NCBI GenBank assembly: GCA_965243135.1
Contig: OZ251539.1
Coordinates: 2,912,001-2,976,000 of the forward strand
Direction: 5' to 3'
DNA length: 64,000 nucleotides
From: Alphaproteobacteria bacterium
GTDB lineage: Bacteria; Pseudomonadota; Alphaproteobacteria; MPNO01; UBA830
The notes under the pieces were generated by a model. It saw only the letters and a program-made list of their open reading frames with translations. It searched no databases and was not told where the DNA came from. The position numbers and the translations under genes are program-made. Within the stretch, counting starts at the first letter, position 1. Every line of letters begins with the position of its first letter. Below, one piece after another: positions 9,611-19,850 of the stretch.

Positions 9611-10485
9611 GGGCGCCGCTCGCGGTCGCCGCGCTCCTCGCCGCCGCGCCGGCCGCGGCCCAGGCGCCCGAGGTCTGGCCGGATCACGCCGCGCCGGACG
9701 GCGAGGTCGCCCGCCAGGGACGCGCCGCGCTGCCCTTCACCCGCGACCAGATCGAGCGGCTCGGCCGGCTGCTCCGGCAGACCCGCCGCGCCGCGGCCGG
9801 CGCGCAGGGCGATCCGCCCGCCGGCCGCATCCGCCGCGTCCGGCTGGAAGACGGCGCCGTCCCCGAGATCCGCGTCGCCCGCGGCTACGCCACGGCGATC
9901 TCCTTCGCCGACCTGACCGGCGCGCCGTGGCCGGTCGCCGAGGCCCTGGTCGACGCCCGCTTCCTGCCCGGCGAGGACGCCCGCCCGCCTGGCAGCGAGC
10001 ACCTGCTGTTCCTCGTGCCGCAACGCCATTTCCTTTCGGGCAACGCGGCCGTCAAGCTCAGAGACCGCGACGATCCCGTCATGCTGATGCTGCGCGACGC
10101 CGGCGGCGCGGCGGATTTCCGCGTGGAGATCCGGCTCGGGATCCCCGGCCCGAACGCCGATCCCGCCGCGCTCGCCCGGCCGGAGGCGTTCCACGCCGGC
10201 GATCCCGCGCTGTTCGGCCTGCTCGCCGGCGCGATCCCGCCCGGCGCCGCCCGGCTCGAAGTGGGCGGGGGCGGGCGCGGCGACCGCGCCTGGCGCCTCG
10301 GCGGCGACCTGCTTCTCGTCACCCGGCTGCACCTCCTGTCGCCCGGTCCGCTGGCCGCCGAACGCGGTTCGGACGGGCGCTGGGCCTACCGGCTGCCCGA
10401 CACGCCCTTCGCCCTGGTCTCGGACGCCGGCGCCGTCGCGCGCCTCGCGTTCCGCGCCCCCCGGGAGGTCGCCGATGCGGATTGA
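9607..10485 (+). CDS. dotH: DotH/IcmK/TraN core complex protein
   Basis: Signal peptide; 'GYATAISFADLTGAPWPV', 'GPNA', 'LLSPG'. Confidence 0.9.
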   Translation: MRAPLAVAALLAAAPAAAQAPEVWPDHAAPDGEVARQGRAALPFTRDQIERLGRLLRQTRRAAAGAQGDPPAGRIRRVRLEDGAVPEIRVARGYATAISFADLTGAPWPVAEALVDARFLPGEDARPPGSEHLLFLVPQRHFLSGNAAVKLRDRDDPVMLMLRDAGGAADFRVEIRLGIPGPNADPAALARPEAFHAGDPALFGLLAGAIPPGAARLEVGGGGRGDRAWRLGGDLLLVTRLHLLSPGPLAAERGSDGRWAYRLPDTPFALVSDAGAVARLAFRAPREVADAD

Positions 10486-11590
10486 CGCTCTCCGGGCGGG
10501 CCTCGCCGCTCTCCTTATCGTTCCCGCCGCCGCCGCGCAGCACGGCGTGCCGGGCAACGCCGCGCCGAAGCTCGATCCCACGGAAGACGTGCCGCCGGCC
10601 TACGGCGAGACGCTGCGGCAGCGCGCCGGCCAGCAGCTGGAACGCGCCAGAAGGGAAGGGCGGTCGTTCATCGCGCCGCTGCAGGGAAGCGGCGCCGCTC
10701 CCGCCGAGCTTCCGCCGGCCGCCGATTTCTCCGCCCGCCCGCCGCCGCCGGCGAGGCCGGCGCCGGAACCCCCGCCTCCGCCGCCCTACGAGACGATCCG
10801 GGAGGCGGCCGGGACCGGGAATCTCGCGGACCTGCTCGCCGCGCTTCTCGAGGCCTGGAACGAGCCGCCGTCCTTCGCGCGCCTGCGCTACCCCGAGCCG
10901 GACGCCGGGCCGCCGCCTGCCCGACCTCCGCCGCCCGCGCCGCCCGGAGCGGCGCCGCCGGAAATCCGGCCCGGAGCCGCGCTGTTCGCCCGCGCGCTGT
11001 ACGAGATCAATTCCGACTATCCGGGTCCGGTCGTGCTCGAGATCCTCGAGCCGCCGCTCGCCGGCGCGGTCGCGACCGGCGGCTTCGAGACCGTCCGCGA
11101 CCGCATGACGCTGCGCCTGACGAGCCTGTCCTTCCGCGGCGCGCGGTTCCCGGTCGACGCCTGGGCGGTCGGTCTCGACTGCGCCTGCTTCGGCGTCGAC
11201 GCCGAGCGCGACCGCCACTGGATCTCGCGGGCGCTCCTTCCCGCCGCCTTCCGTTTCGCGGAGGGCTTCCTGACGTCCCGCGCCCGTCCGGACGAGACCG
11301 TCCACCTGCCGGGCGGCGACGTCGTCGCGGTGCGCGGCGCCGCGACCGCCCGCGACGACCTGTACGCCGGGCTCGGGCGGTCCGCGCGGTCGGTCGGCGA
11401 CATCCTGCTGGAGGACGCGCCGAAACGCCCGACGGTCCGCATCCCGCGCAATACCGAGCTCGCCGTTATGTTCGCGTCGCCGCCGGCGTCCGCCCGCGCC
11501 GGAGCTTCCCGCCGCCCCGCCCCGGCGCCGTCCGGCGGCCCGGAGCTTCCGCGCGCCGGCAGCGCCGCCGGGCCCGGAGAACGGCGATGA
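10475..11590 (+). CDS. dotG: DotG/IcmE/TraO (VirB10-like) protein, short Pro-rich form
   Basis: 'EINSDYPGPVVLEILEPPLAGA', 'PTVRIPRNTELAVMF'; follows dotH. Confidence 0.8.
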   Translation: MRIDALRAGLAALLIVPAAAAQHGVPGNAAPKLDPTEDVPPAYGETLRQRAGQQLERARREGRSFIAPLQGSGAAPAELPPAADFSARPPPPARPAPEPPPPPPYETIREAAGTGNLADLLAALLEAWNEPPSFARLRYPEPDAGPPPARPPPPAPPGAAPPEIRPGAALFARALYEINSDYPGPVVLEILEPPLAGAVATGGFETVRDRMTLRLTSLSFRGARFPVDAWAVGLDCACFGVDAERDRHWISRALLPAAFRFAEGFLTSRARPDETVHLPGGDVVAVRGAATARDDLYAGLGRSARSVGDILLEDAPKRPTVRIPRNTELAVMFASPPASARAGASRRPAPAPSGGPELPRAGSAAGPGERR

Positions 11591-12159
11591 TCCGCCGCTT
11601 CGCCTTCCTCGCGGCGCTCGCCGCGCCTTCCGCCGCTTCCGCGCAGAACCCCGGCGCCGCCCTCGTCTCGCTCGCCCGCGACCTCGATCCCGGCCTCTCG
11701 GCCCTCGTCTCCGGCGTCTGCTACCTGCTGGCCTTCGTCGCCCTGGCCCAGGGGCTGTTGCGCCTCCTCAAGACCTCCGAGGACAAGTTCCACGCCCCGT
11801 CCCTCGCCGGCACCGCGCTGTGCTTCCTGATTTGCGCCGTCCTCGCCGCCTTTCCCTCGTGGATCGACGCCGCCGGGGAGACGCTGTTCGGCGCCTCCCG
11901 CCGACCCTCGGCCGTCCTCGCGTACGCGAACGCCCGGGACGGCAGGTGGAACGACCTGATCCTCGCCGCCTTCTGGGCGGTGTCGTGGGTCGGGCTGTTC
12001 GCCTTCCTGCGCGGCGTTTTCATGATGCGCGCGGCCGCCGACGGGCGCGCCGGCGCCACCGCCGGGCGCGCCGCGATGCACATGTTCGGCGGCGTCCTCG
12101 CCTGGCACATGGCCGCGTTCGTCGACGCCGTCCGGTCCTCCCTCGGTATCTTGCAGTGA
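11587..12159 (+). CDS. IcmC/DotE/TraQ-like inner-membrane protein
   Basis: Four TM helices, 'VGLFAFLRG', 'HMFGGVLA'; position between dotG and dotO. Confidence 0.65.
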   Translation: MIRRFAFLAALAAPSAASAQNPGAALVSLARDLDPGLSALVSGVCYLLAFVALAQGLLRLLKTSEDKFHAPSLAGTALCFLICAVLAAFPSWIDAAGETLFGASRRPSAVLAYANARDGRWNDLILAAFWAVSWVGLFAFLRGVFMMRAAADGRAGATAGRAAMHMFGGVLAWHMAAFVDAVRSSLGILQ

Positions 12160-12173
12160 AAGGAGAAATCGCC

Positions 12174-12536
12174 ATGAAAAAGACGAAGCGGACGTTCGGG
12201 CGCGCCGGCATCGCGCTCGCCGGCCTCGCCGCCGGCATCCTGCCCGCCGCCGCGAAGACCCTCGGAGAGATGGCCGAGGAGGCCGAGGAGTCGGTCGAGG
12301 GCATCGCCACCCTGATGTCGGGCGCCTTCTGGGTGGTCGGCCTCGGCATCGTCGGATTCGGCCTTCTGAAGCTCAAGAAGCATATCGAGCAGCCGCAGCA
12401 GACCACGGTCGGGGCCGGGGTGATCGCGCTCGTCGTCGGCGCCGCGCTGATCGCCGCGCCGGCCGTCGTCGACGGCATCCTCGAGACCTTCGACCTCGAT
12501 CCCGAGACCGAAGTTCCCAGGCCGAAGCTGAACTGA
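12174..12536 (+). CDS. IcmD/TraR-like small membrane protein
   Basis: RBS AAGGAG; signal peptide, two TMs with 'LKLKKHIEQPQQT'. Confidence 0.7.
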   Translation: MKKTKRTFGRAGIALAGLAAGILPAAAKTLGEMAEEAEESVEGIATLMSGAFWVVGLGIVGFGLLKLKKHIEQPQQTTVGAGVIALVVGAALIAAPAVVDGILETFDLDPETEVPRPKLN

Positions 12537-12539
12537 GCC

Positions 12540-15461
12540 GTGCTGCTTTCCGCGGTCGAGGACGTGCAGCGCCTGCTCTGGACGGCGCGCCGCAAGCCGC
12601 TCGAGGCGTTCATGCTGCCCGCCTGCGTCCTCCCCGGCGGCGTCCTGCTCGCCCGGGACGCTTCGCTCTGCAGCCTGTTCCGCATCGACGGCGCCCGCGC
12701 CATGACCGGCGCCGCCGAACTCGACCGCTTCGTCGAACTCGGCGCGCGGGCGCTGACCTCCCGCTTCGCCGAGCGCGGGCATGCGCTGCACGTCGTCCTG
12801 GAACGCGCTCCCGACGAGGCGGACCTCGCCGTCGCGACGGCCGGCGACCGCCTGCGCCGCCAGGCCGCGCGGCTCGGCCTCGATCTCGACGACCTGATCG
12901 CCGAGCGCGCCCGCCGCCTCGCGCCTCTTCTGGCGGCCGAGACCGCGATCGCCGCCTGCTGGACGCGGCCGTCGGTCCTGTCCGGCGCCTTGCAGAAACG
13001 CGACCGCCGGCGCGCCGCGCTGCGGATGAAGGACTGGTTGCCGGGTCCGTCGGAGAGCCAGTGCCCGGCGGCCTCCTGGGACGGCCTCGCGCCGCGCCAC
13101 GACGCGTTGTGCGACGCGCTTGCGGCGCTGTTCGCCGACGTCGGCATCGCGGCCGAACGCCTCGGCGGCGACGAAGCCGTCCGCGTCATGCGCGGTCTCG
13201 TCAACGGCCCCGACTCGACGGCGCCGGACTGGCGCCCGGCCACCCCGGCCGACCCGCCGCGAATCCCTCCGGGCGCGTTCCCGCCGCCGCTGGCGCCGCA
13301 GCTGCTGGTCCGCGATCCGGAACGCGCGGGCGGGACGCTGCGCGTCGGCTCCCGGCTCTACGCGCCGCTCGACATGACCCTGGGCCCGCGCCGCGCGCGC
13401 CCCTTCTCCGAACTGATGGACCGGGTTTCCGGGGCGGGATTGCCCTTCCGCTTCTCGATCTTCATCGAAGGCGGCGGCCTCGCCGGCCCGCGCCCCGCCG
13501 CCGCGCGCATCGCCTCCTCCTTTCTCGCCTTCGGCAGCGACGACAGCTTCGCCGTGCGCAACGCCATGGCCGGGCTGCACGAACTCCGCGCCGACGCCGC
13601 GGCGATCGTCCGCCTGCGTCTCGGCCTGCTCACCTGGACGGGCGGCGACGGCGACGCGCTGCAGCGCCGCGCCGCCCGCCTGCAGCAGATCGCGGAGGGC
13701 TGGGGCGAGACCTCGTTCTCGCCGCTCACCGGCGATCCCCTCGAAGCCTTCGCCGGATCGATCCCAGGCTTCGCCTGCGGCGCGACCGCGCCCGCCGCCG
13801 CCGCGCCGCTCTCCGAGGCGTTGCGGTTGCTGCCCGCCGGACGTCCCGCGCCGCCCGCCCGCCTCGACGCCGCCAACCACCTGTTCCGCAGCCCCGACGG
13901 CAAGCTGCTGCCGTTCAGCTACGAGGAGGGCGAGGATTACGGCTTCGAGCTGATCTACGGCATCCCCGGGCGCGGCAAGAGCGTTCTCATGAACTCGCTC
14001 ACCCTCGCCCACGTCCTCCAGTCGGGCCACGACCGCCTGCCGCTCGCCGCCGTGATCGACATCGGTCCCTCGTCGTCCGGGCTGATCTCGCTTCTCCGCG
14101 AAGCGCTGCCGAACGGGCGGCGGCACGAGGCCGGCTGGTTCCGGCTGCGCATGGAGCGCGACTGCGCGATCAACCCCTTCGACACCCGGCTCGGCTGCCG
14201 GCGGCCGCTGCCGTCCGAGCGCGCCTTCCTCGCCAATCTCCTCGGGCTCGTCCTGACGCCGGCCGGCGCGCAGGGCGTTCCCGACGGCATGCGCGAGCTG
14301 ATCGGCCCGACGATCGCCCAGGCCTACGACATGCGCGCCGACGGCGTCCCCGGCGCCGAGCCGCGCGCGTACGCGCCGGGCCTCGATCCCGTGATCGACG
14401 CCGCCCTCGCGCTGCACGACTGCCACCTGCCGACGAACCCGTTGTGGTGGGACGCGGTCGACGCGCTGTTCGCGGCCGGCGCCGTCGAGGCGGCGGAGCG
14501 CGCCCAGCGCCATGCCGTCCCGGTGATGGCCGACCTGCTCTCGGCCGTCCGCCAGCCCGCCGTCCAGGGCCTGATCGGCGAGGCCCGCCACGGCGCCGGC
14601 GGCGAAACCGTCACCGAAGCCTTCAACCGCATCCTCACGTCGCTGACCGGCGACTGGCCGGTGATGTGCGCGCCGACCGCCTTCGACACCGATCAGGCGC
14701 GGGTCGCCGCCATCGACCTGCGCGAGGTCGCGCCGCAGGGTTCGCCCGAGGCCGATCGCCAGACCGCCGCGATGTACCTCCTCGCCCGCCACGCCCTGAC
14801 CCGCGGCTGGTGGCTCGACGAGGACGACCTCGGCGAGATCCCCGAGCGCTACCGCGCCTGGCACGCCGACCGTCTGCGCGACTTCCGCGAGACGCCGAAG
14901 CGCCTCGCCTACGACGAATTCCACCGCACCGGCGCCGTGCCGGCCGCCCGCGCCCAGGTCGAACGCGACGTGCGCGAGGCGAGGAAACTGCGCGTGCGCC
15001 TCTGCCTCGCGTCGCAGAGGATCGAGGATTTCGGCGAGGCGCTGGTCGAGCTCGCCACCCGTTACTGGGTGCTCGGCGCCGGCGGCAAGCGCCAGGAGAT
15101 CGAGGCGCTGTCGAAGGTCTTCGACCTCAACGAGACCGCCACCGAAGCCGTCTCCTTCCGGCTGACCGGGCCGGGCCGCGACGGCGCTCCGGCGCTGCTG
15201 GTCTCGGCCGATCCCCGAGCCGAGCGCATCGTCGTCAACACGCCCGGCCCGGTGGAGCTCTGGGCTCTGAACACCAGCCCGCGCGACGCCGCGCTGCGCG
15301 ACCGCCTCTACCGGCGCTTGCCGCCCGCCGCCGCCCGCGCCGCGCTCGCCCGGCGCTTTCCCGCCGGCACCGCCCGGGACGCGATCGACGCCGAACTCCG
15401 GCGCGGCGGCGCGGAAACGGCGGTCCTCGACCGCCTTGCGGACGAGCTCGCCGCGCCGTGA
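12540..15461 (+). CDS. dotO: DotO/IcmB/TraU VirB4-like ATPase
   Basis: 973 aa; Walker A GIPGRGKS, 'IDIGPSSSG', 'INPFDT.LG', Walker B YDEFHR, 'GPVELWALNT'. Confidence 0.92.
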   Translation: MLLSAVEDVQRLLWTARRKPLEAFMLPACVLPGGVLLARDASLCSLFRIDGARAMTGAAELDRFVELGARALTSRFAERGHALHVVLERAPDEADLAVATAGDRLRRQAARLGLDLDDLIAERARRLAPLLAAETAIAACWTRPSVLSGALQKRDRRRAALRMKDWLPGPSESQCPAASWDGLAPRHDALCDALAALFADVGIAAERLGGDEAVRVMRGLVNGPDSTAPDWRPATPADPPRIPPGAFPPPLAPQLLVRDPERAGGTLRVGSRLYAPLDMTLGPRRARPFSELMDRVSGAGLPFRFSIFIEGGGLAGPRPAAARIASSFLAFGSDDSFAVRNAMAGLHELRADAAAIVRLRLGLLTWTGGDGDALQRRAARLQQIAEGWGETSFSPLTGDPLEAFAGSIPGFACGATAPAAAAPLSEALRLLPAGRPAPPARLDAANHLFRSPDGKLLPFSYEEGEDYGFELIYGIPGRGKSVLMNSLTLAHVLQSGHDRLPLAAVIDIGPSSSGLISLLREALPNGRRHEAGWFRLRMERDCAINPFDTRLGCRRPLPSERAFLANLLGLVLTPAGAQGVPDGMRELIGPTIAQAYDMRADGVPGAEPRAYAPGLDPVIDAALALHDCHLPTNPLWWDAVDALFAAGAVEAAERAQRHAVPVMADLLSAVRQPAVQGLIGEARHGAGGETVTEAFNRILTSLTGDWPVMCAPTAFDTDQARVAAIDLREVAPQGSPEADRQTAAMYLLARHALTRGWWLDEDDLGEIPERYRAWHADRLRDFRETPKRLAYDEFHRTGAVPAARAQVERDVREARKLRVRLCLASQRIEDFGEALVELATRYWVLGAGGKRQEIEALSKVFDLNETATEAVSFRLTGPGRDGAPALLVSADPRAERIVVNTPGPVELWALNTSPRDAALRDRLYRRLPPAAARAALARRFPAGTARDAIDAELRRGGAETAVLDRLADELAAP

Positions 15462-15531
15462 CCGGCGCGGTCCTTCGGGCGCCCGTCGCGGGCGCCGCAG
15501 CCGCCCCGGCGGGGCAGAAAGGAGGGCGCCC

Positions 15532-16095
15532 ATGCCCGGCATGAACGAAGCCAGGGGCCGCAGATTCGCGCCCGGCGGCGGACGTCGCCGGGTTCGTCGT
15601 CGACGGCGGCGAGGGCCAACGTCCGGGCGGCCCGCAGCGAGGCTCAGGGCGGCAGCGGCGGCGCTTCTCCTTCAGGCGCCGCAGGCTTTCGCCGCGGCCT
15701 GCGACCCGCAGGTCGCGGCCGCCCTCGCCGAAGCCGCGCAACGCGGCGTCGAGCGCGACGTGGCCATCGTCCGTCACCCGGACCAGGGGATCCGCAATCC
15801 GGAGAGCATCCTCGAATTCTCCTGCGCCGGCGAGATGTTCGACTACGGGAAGTTCGACCTGTTTTACAACCCGGGACGCGCCGCGAGCGACCTTCTCGGC
15901 CTCGTCCGCCGCCAGGTTTGCGACGCCGCCCGGCGCGCCTACGGGCGCTACGTCGGGCGGGCGCTCGACGCCGCGGTCTACGCCGCTCCCCGGCTGCCCG
16001 GCCTCGAAGCGCGCCCGCGGAGTCCGCCGGAGCCGCGTCCTGCGCCCGGAGCGGGCGACCGCTTCCGCGAGTTGATCGGCGGAGAGCGGCGATGA
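15532..16095 (+). CDS. Exported Cys-containing transfer-region hypothetical protein
   Basis: RBS AAGGAGG; AFA-ACD processing site; three Cys; start uncertain. Confidence 0.55.
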   Translation: MPGMNEARGRRFAPGGGRRRVRRRRRRGPTSGRPAARLRAAAAALLLQAPQAFAAACDPQVAAALAEAAQRGVERDVAIVRHPDQGIRNPESILEFSCAGEMFDYGKFDLFYNPGRAASDLLGLVRRQVCDAARRAYGRYVGRALDAAVYAAPRLPGLEARPRSPPEPRPAPGAGDRFRELIGGERR

Positions 16096-17399
16096 CCCGC
16101 CTGACGGCGCTGCGGACGATCGTCCGCGGACTCGTCCGCTCGGGGGCCGGAAAGGAAGCGGGCGGCCTCGGGCGGCCGCGCGACGGGCGACGCGGGGGAG
16201 CCGGCGAGAAAGCGCGAGAAACCGATCCGGCGGGAACGGCCGGCGATCGCCGGGCGGCCGCTCGCAGACGCCGGGGCGGGTCTCTCGCGAGACCGGCCGC
16301 CCTCGTCGTTCTCGGCGTCGCCGCCGCCGGCGGCGCGGACGCCCACCGCTGCGATCCGACCGACAACGACCGCAGGGAGGCGATGCGGGTCATCTCGCGC
16401 ATCGCCGCCCGCATCGACGCGATGGAGGAGCGGGTCGTCGAGGCGCTGCGCCTCCAGACCGCCCAGCAGACCGGCTACCAGGCGCAGTCGGCGAAGGCGC
16501 TGACCCAGGCGCTCGACGCCCAGACCCGGCTCCAGGCGCAGACCGCGCGCGAGGTCGAGGAGACCCGCGCCATGCGCGCCCGCGCCCCGTCGGCCAACGC
16601 CTGCGCGACGGCGACCGGGGCCGCCGGCCTCCGCGCCGCCCGCGACGCCGCGGAAAACGCCCGCCGGGAGGCCGGCCGGATCGAGACCGGCCGCATCGCC
16701 AACGACCGCGCCGTCGCGCCGTTCCCCGGAGCGGCCGCCGACGCCGACGCGCGCTTCGGCGCCGTGACCTCCACGTGGTGCTCCGCCGCCCGCGCCGGCG
16801 ACGCCGCCTGCAAGGGAGAGGACGACCGGCACGCGGCCGACCTCAAGGCCGGCGAGACCCTGTTCGACCGCCGCACGATCGCCTCGCGGGACGAACTGCG
16901 CGCCGCCGTCGAGCTGGCCCGCAACCTCGCCGCGCCGGTGATCCACGACCCGCCGCCCCTCGCTTCGGCCGAGACCGCCGAGGAGCGGCGCCTGGTGCTG
17001 CTCGGCCGCTCCGCCGACGCCCGGTCGGCCCTTGCCGCCGACTACTTCGCGGCGCTGCGGGCGCTCCGCGCTCCGGCCGCCGGCCTCGGCGCCTGGGCCG
17101 AAGCGGTCGCTCCCGGCGCCCGCGACCCGGCGAAACCGGTCAGCCGGTACGAACTGCTCGAACTGCTCGCTTCCCGCCGCCGCGAGGATCCGGCCTGGAC
17201 GGTCGGGTTGCAGGCCATGGGCACGGAGAACCTGTTGCGCGAGATCGCGGTTCTGCTGAGCCTCCAGCTGCAGCTCGACTGGCAGCGGTTCCGCCTCGAC
17301 GAGCGCCGCGGCGCGCTCGCCGCCGCCCGCCTCGCCCTCGGCGCCGAGGAAATGCGCCGCCTGCCGGGGCTCGACAACCCCGCCGCCGCCGCGAACTGA
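16092..17399 (+). CDS. TraW/IcmX-like periplasmic transfer protein
   Basis: ATGA overlap; helical, Cys-containing, 'ENLLREIA'; between dotO and dotA as traW is in IncI plasmids; start uncertain. Confidence 0.55.
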   Translation: MTRLTALRTIVRGLVRSGAGKEAGGLGRPRDGRRGGAGEKARETDPAGTAGDRRAAARRRRGGSLARPAALVVLGVAAAGGADAHRCDPTDNDRREAMRVISRIAARIDAMEERVVEALRLQTAQQTGYQAQSAKALTQALDAQTRLQAQTAREVEETRAMRARAPSANACATATGAAGLRAARDAAENARREAGRIETGRIANDRAVAPFPGAAADADARFGAVTSTWCSAARAGDAACKGEDDRHAADLKAGETLFDRRTIASRDELRAAVELARNLAAPVIHDPPPLASAETAEERRLVLLGRSADARSALAADYFAALRALRAPAAGLGAWAEAVAPGARDPAKPVSRYELLELLASRRREDPAWTVGLQAMGTENLLREIAVLLSLQLQLDWQRFRLDERRGALAAARLALGAEEMRRLPGLDNPAAAAN

Positions 17400-17402
17400 G
17401 CC

Positions 17403-19640
17403 GTGCGCGCCGTCCTCCGGCTTCTCTTCCTGCCCGAACTCGGTCGGTCCTTCCGCGACCTCCGGAGATCGGCCGCGAGGCTGTCCGGTCTGGCGAAGGC
17501 GCTCGCCCCCGTGCCGCAGCGGGCATTGCGCAACCCGTTCGCCCCCGGCCTGCGCGCCCGCGCCCTCGCCGGCGCCGCGGTCGCGCTGCTCGGCGCCGCG
17601 CTGCTGGTCCTCTTCGCCGCCGGCGTCCTCGCTTCCGCGGCGGCGCAGACGGTCGACCTGTTCGCCGAGGAGGACGCGGGCACGCGCCGGCTGCTCGCCT
17701 TCCTCGCCGATCTGCGGACCGAGCGCGACTCGGCCCTCGGCGGCATGCTCTTCGTCTACAACGCCGCGGTCCTCGTCCTCTCCGGCTTCCTCCTGATCTG
17801 GCACGTCGCCGCCGGCGCCGTCGACACCGCCCGCGAGGGACGGCTCGGCCTCGGCGGCTGGGAGATCCTGCGCATCGTCCTCGCCGTCGCCGCCATGGCG
17901 CCCCTTCCCGGCGGCATGAACGCCGCCCAGCACGCCGTCGTCGGCCTCGCTCATCTCGGCGGCGACTTCGCCACCGCCGTCTGGCGGCCGTTCTCCGCCG
18001 AGGCGCTGCGCGGCGGCAAGCCGATCGCTCCCCGACCCCGCGCCGCCGCCTGGCGCGCCGCCGTCTCGCGCGTCCTGATCGCCGAAACCTGCATGCACGT
18101 CGCCAACGCCGCCGCCCGAGCGCCGCTCGTCGTCGTCCGCGCCGCCGACGAGAAGACCGCCCGCGTCGTCCGCTACGACGGCGATCGCCGCGGCCTGCCC
18201 AGGGAAATGTGCGGCGCCGTCCGCTACCGCGGACTCCATGTCCGCAAGATACGGCCCGACCGGTCTTCCGCCTTCGGCTTCGACATGCTCAACCAGACCG
18301 AATACGTTCCCGCCGAAGGCCCGCGCGGCGACGCCGCGCGGGCGCACTACGCGGCGCTCGAGGGGCTGCGCCCGCATCTCCGCCTGCGCGCCGTCCGCCT
18401 CGGCGACCGCTTCGTGCCCGGAAACGCGGCCTACGGCCGCCCGCTGCCCGACCTCGACGCCTTCCTCGCCGGCCTCGCGGACGATTACGCCCGAGCGCTC
18501 GACGCGGCGCTGCGCAGCGCCGCGGCCGACGAGCGCGACGCCCTCGAAAAGGCGGTCGCCGACGACGCCGAAAGGCGGGGCTGGCTGTCGGCCGCCGCCT
18601 TCTTCAACACCGTCGCCCGCCGCACCGGGGCGTTCCAGACGTCGGCCTGGAACCTGCCCGACGCGGCGCTTCCCGCCGGCAGCCTCGAGGGCGCCTCGAA
18701 GCCGGCCGCCGCCGCCGTGCAGGCGCTCACCGTCGCCCTCGCCCAGACCCGCGGCTGGAAGCCCGTCCTGTTCGGCGGCGGCGCGCTGCCCTCGTCGGGC
18801 GGCGACGGCGGCGTCGGCGCCGGGTTGTGGGACTGGCTGTCGATCGACGCCGCGTCCCTTCCCGACAGCGGCAACCCGATCGCCGATCTCGCCGGATACG
18901 GCCACGACCTCCTGTTCAACGCCATGACCGCCATCGGCGCCCTCGCCGCCGCCGCGACCGTCTCCGGCGGCTTCCGGTCCGTCCCCTTCGTCGGCAGGGG
19001 CCTCGACCTGTTCGGGCACGGCTGGCAGGTCGCCGACAGCTTCGTCTCCACCATCCTCGGCATCTTCCTCGTCGCCGGCGCGATCCTCGCCTACCTCCTG
19101 CCCGCCGTCCCCTTCCTCCGCTTCCTGTTCGCCGTCCTCGCATGGGCGATCGACGTCGTGGCCGCCGTCCTCGCCGTCACCGCGTTCGCCGCCGCCCACG
19201 TCACCCGCGGCGACGGCAACGCCCTCGCCACGCAGGCCACCCGCCAGGGCTGGCTGTTCCTGCCCGGCCTGATCCTGCGCCCGCCCCTGACGCTGTTCGG
19301 CCTCGTCGCGGGCTACTTCGTCTTCCTCGCCGCCATGGACCTCTTCAACGAGGTCTGGAAGCCGCATCTGCGCGACGCCAACGCCTCCGACGGCCTCGGC
19401 ATCGTCGGATACCTCGCCTACCTCGCGATCTACGTCATGACCGCCTGGGCCCTTCTGAACGCCGCCTTCAAGCTCGTCGACGGCCTGCCCGCCGCCGCCG
19501 TCGAATGGATCGGCGGCCGCGCCGGAGCGCAGGGCGTCGACGCCGACCGTCTCGGCGGCGCCGTCACCGCCGGCATCGGCCGCATGTCCGGACTCCGCGT
19601 CGGGTCGCTCCGCACCGGCGGCGCCCGCCCGCCGCCCTGA
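17403..19640 (+). CDS. dotA: DotA/TraY polytopic membrane protein
   Basis: 'VDTAREG', 'GWLSAAAFF', 'AYLLPAVPF', 'LRPPLTLFGL', 'LP....WIG'. Confidence 0.9.
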   Translation: MRAVLRLLFLPELGRSFRDLRRSAARLSGLAKALAPVPQRALRNPFAPGLRARALAGAAVALLGAALLVLFAAGVLASAAAQTVDLFAEEDAGTRRLLAFLADLRTERDSALGGMLFVYNAAVLVLSGFLLIWHVAAGAVDTAREGRLGLGGWEILRIVLAVAAMAPLPGGMNAAQHAVVGLAHLGGDFATAVWRPFSAEALRGGKPIAPRPRAAAWRAAVSRVLIAETCMHVANAAARAPLVVVRAADEKTARVVRYDGDRRGLPREMCGAVRYRGLHVRKIRPDRSSAFGFDMLNQTEYVPAEGPRGDAARAHYAALEGLRPHLRLRAVRLGDRFVPGNAAYGRPLPDLDAFLAGLADDYARALDAALRSAAADERDALEKAVADDAERRGWLSAAAFFNTVARRTGAFQTSAWNLPDAALPAGSLEGASKPAAAAVQALTVALAQTRGWKPVLFGGGALPSSGGDGGVGAGLWDWLSIDAASLPDSGNPIADLAGYGHDLLFNAMTAIGALAAAATVSGGFRSVPFVGRGLDLFGHGWQVADSFVSTILGIFLVAGAILAYLLPAVPFLRFLFAVLAWAIDVVAAVLAVTAFAAAHVTRGDGNALATQATRQGWLFLPGLILRPPLTLFGLVAGYFVFLAAMDLFNEVWKPHLRDANASDGLGIVGYLAYLAIYVMTAWALLNAAFKLVDGLPAAAVEWIGGRAGAQGVDADRLGGAVTAGIGRMSGLRVGSLRTGGARPPP

Positions 19641-19655
19641 CGGAAAGGAAACCCC

Positions 19656-19850
19656 GTGCCGTTCGTCCCGCTCCTCGCGGCGCCCGCCGCGGCGCAGCTC
19701 CCCGCCCCCGGGGCCGCCGCCCTCCGGACGGACGACGACGACCTCGCCCGGCGCGCCGCCGCCTTCCGCAACGGGGCGCTCGCCGGGCGCAACGGGAACC
19801 CCGAGACCGGCAACGCGGCGCCGCGCCGCAGGATCCTCGAGTGCCGGTGA
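19656..19850 (+). CDS. Small hypothetical protein (64 aa)
   Basis: RBS AAAGGA, GTG start, stop overlaps virD4 start (GTGA). Confidence 0.35.
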   Translation: MPFVPLLAAPAAAQLPAPGAAALRTDDDDLARRAAAFRNGALAGRNGNPETGNAAPRRRILECR

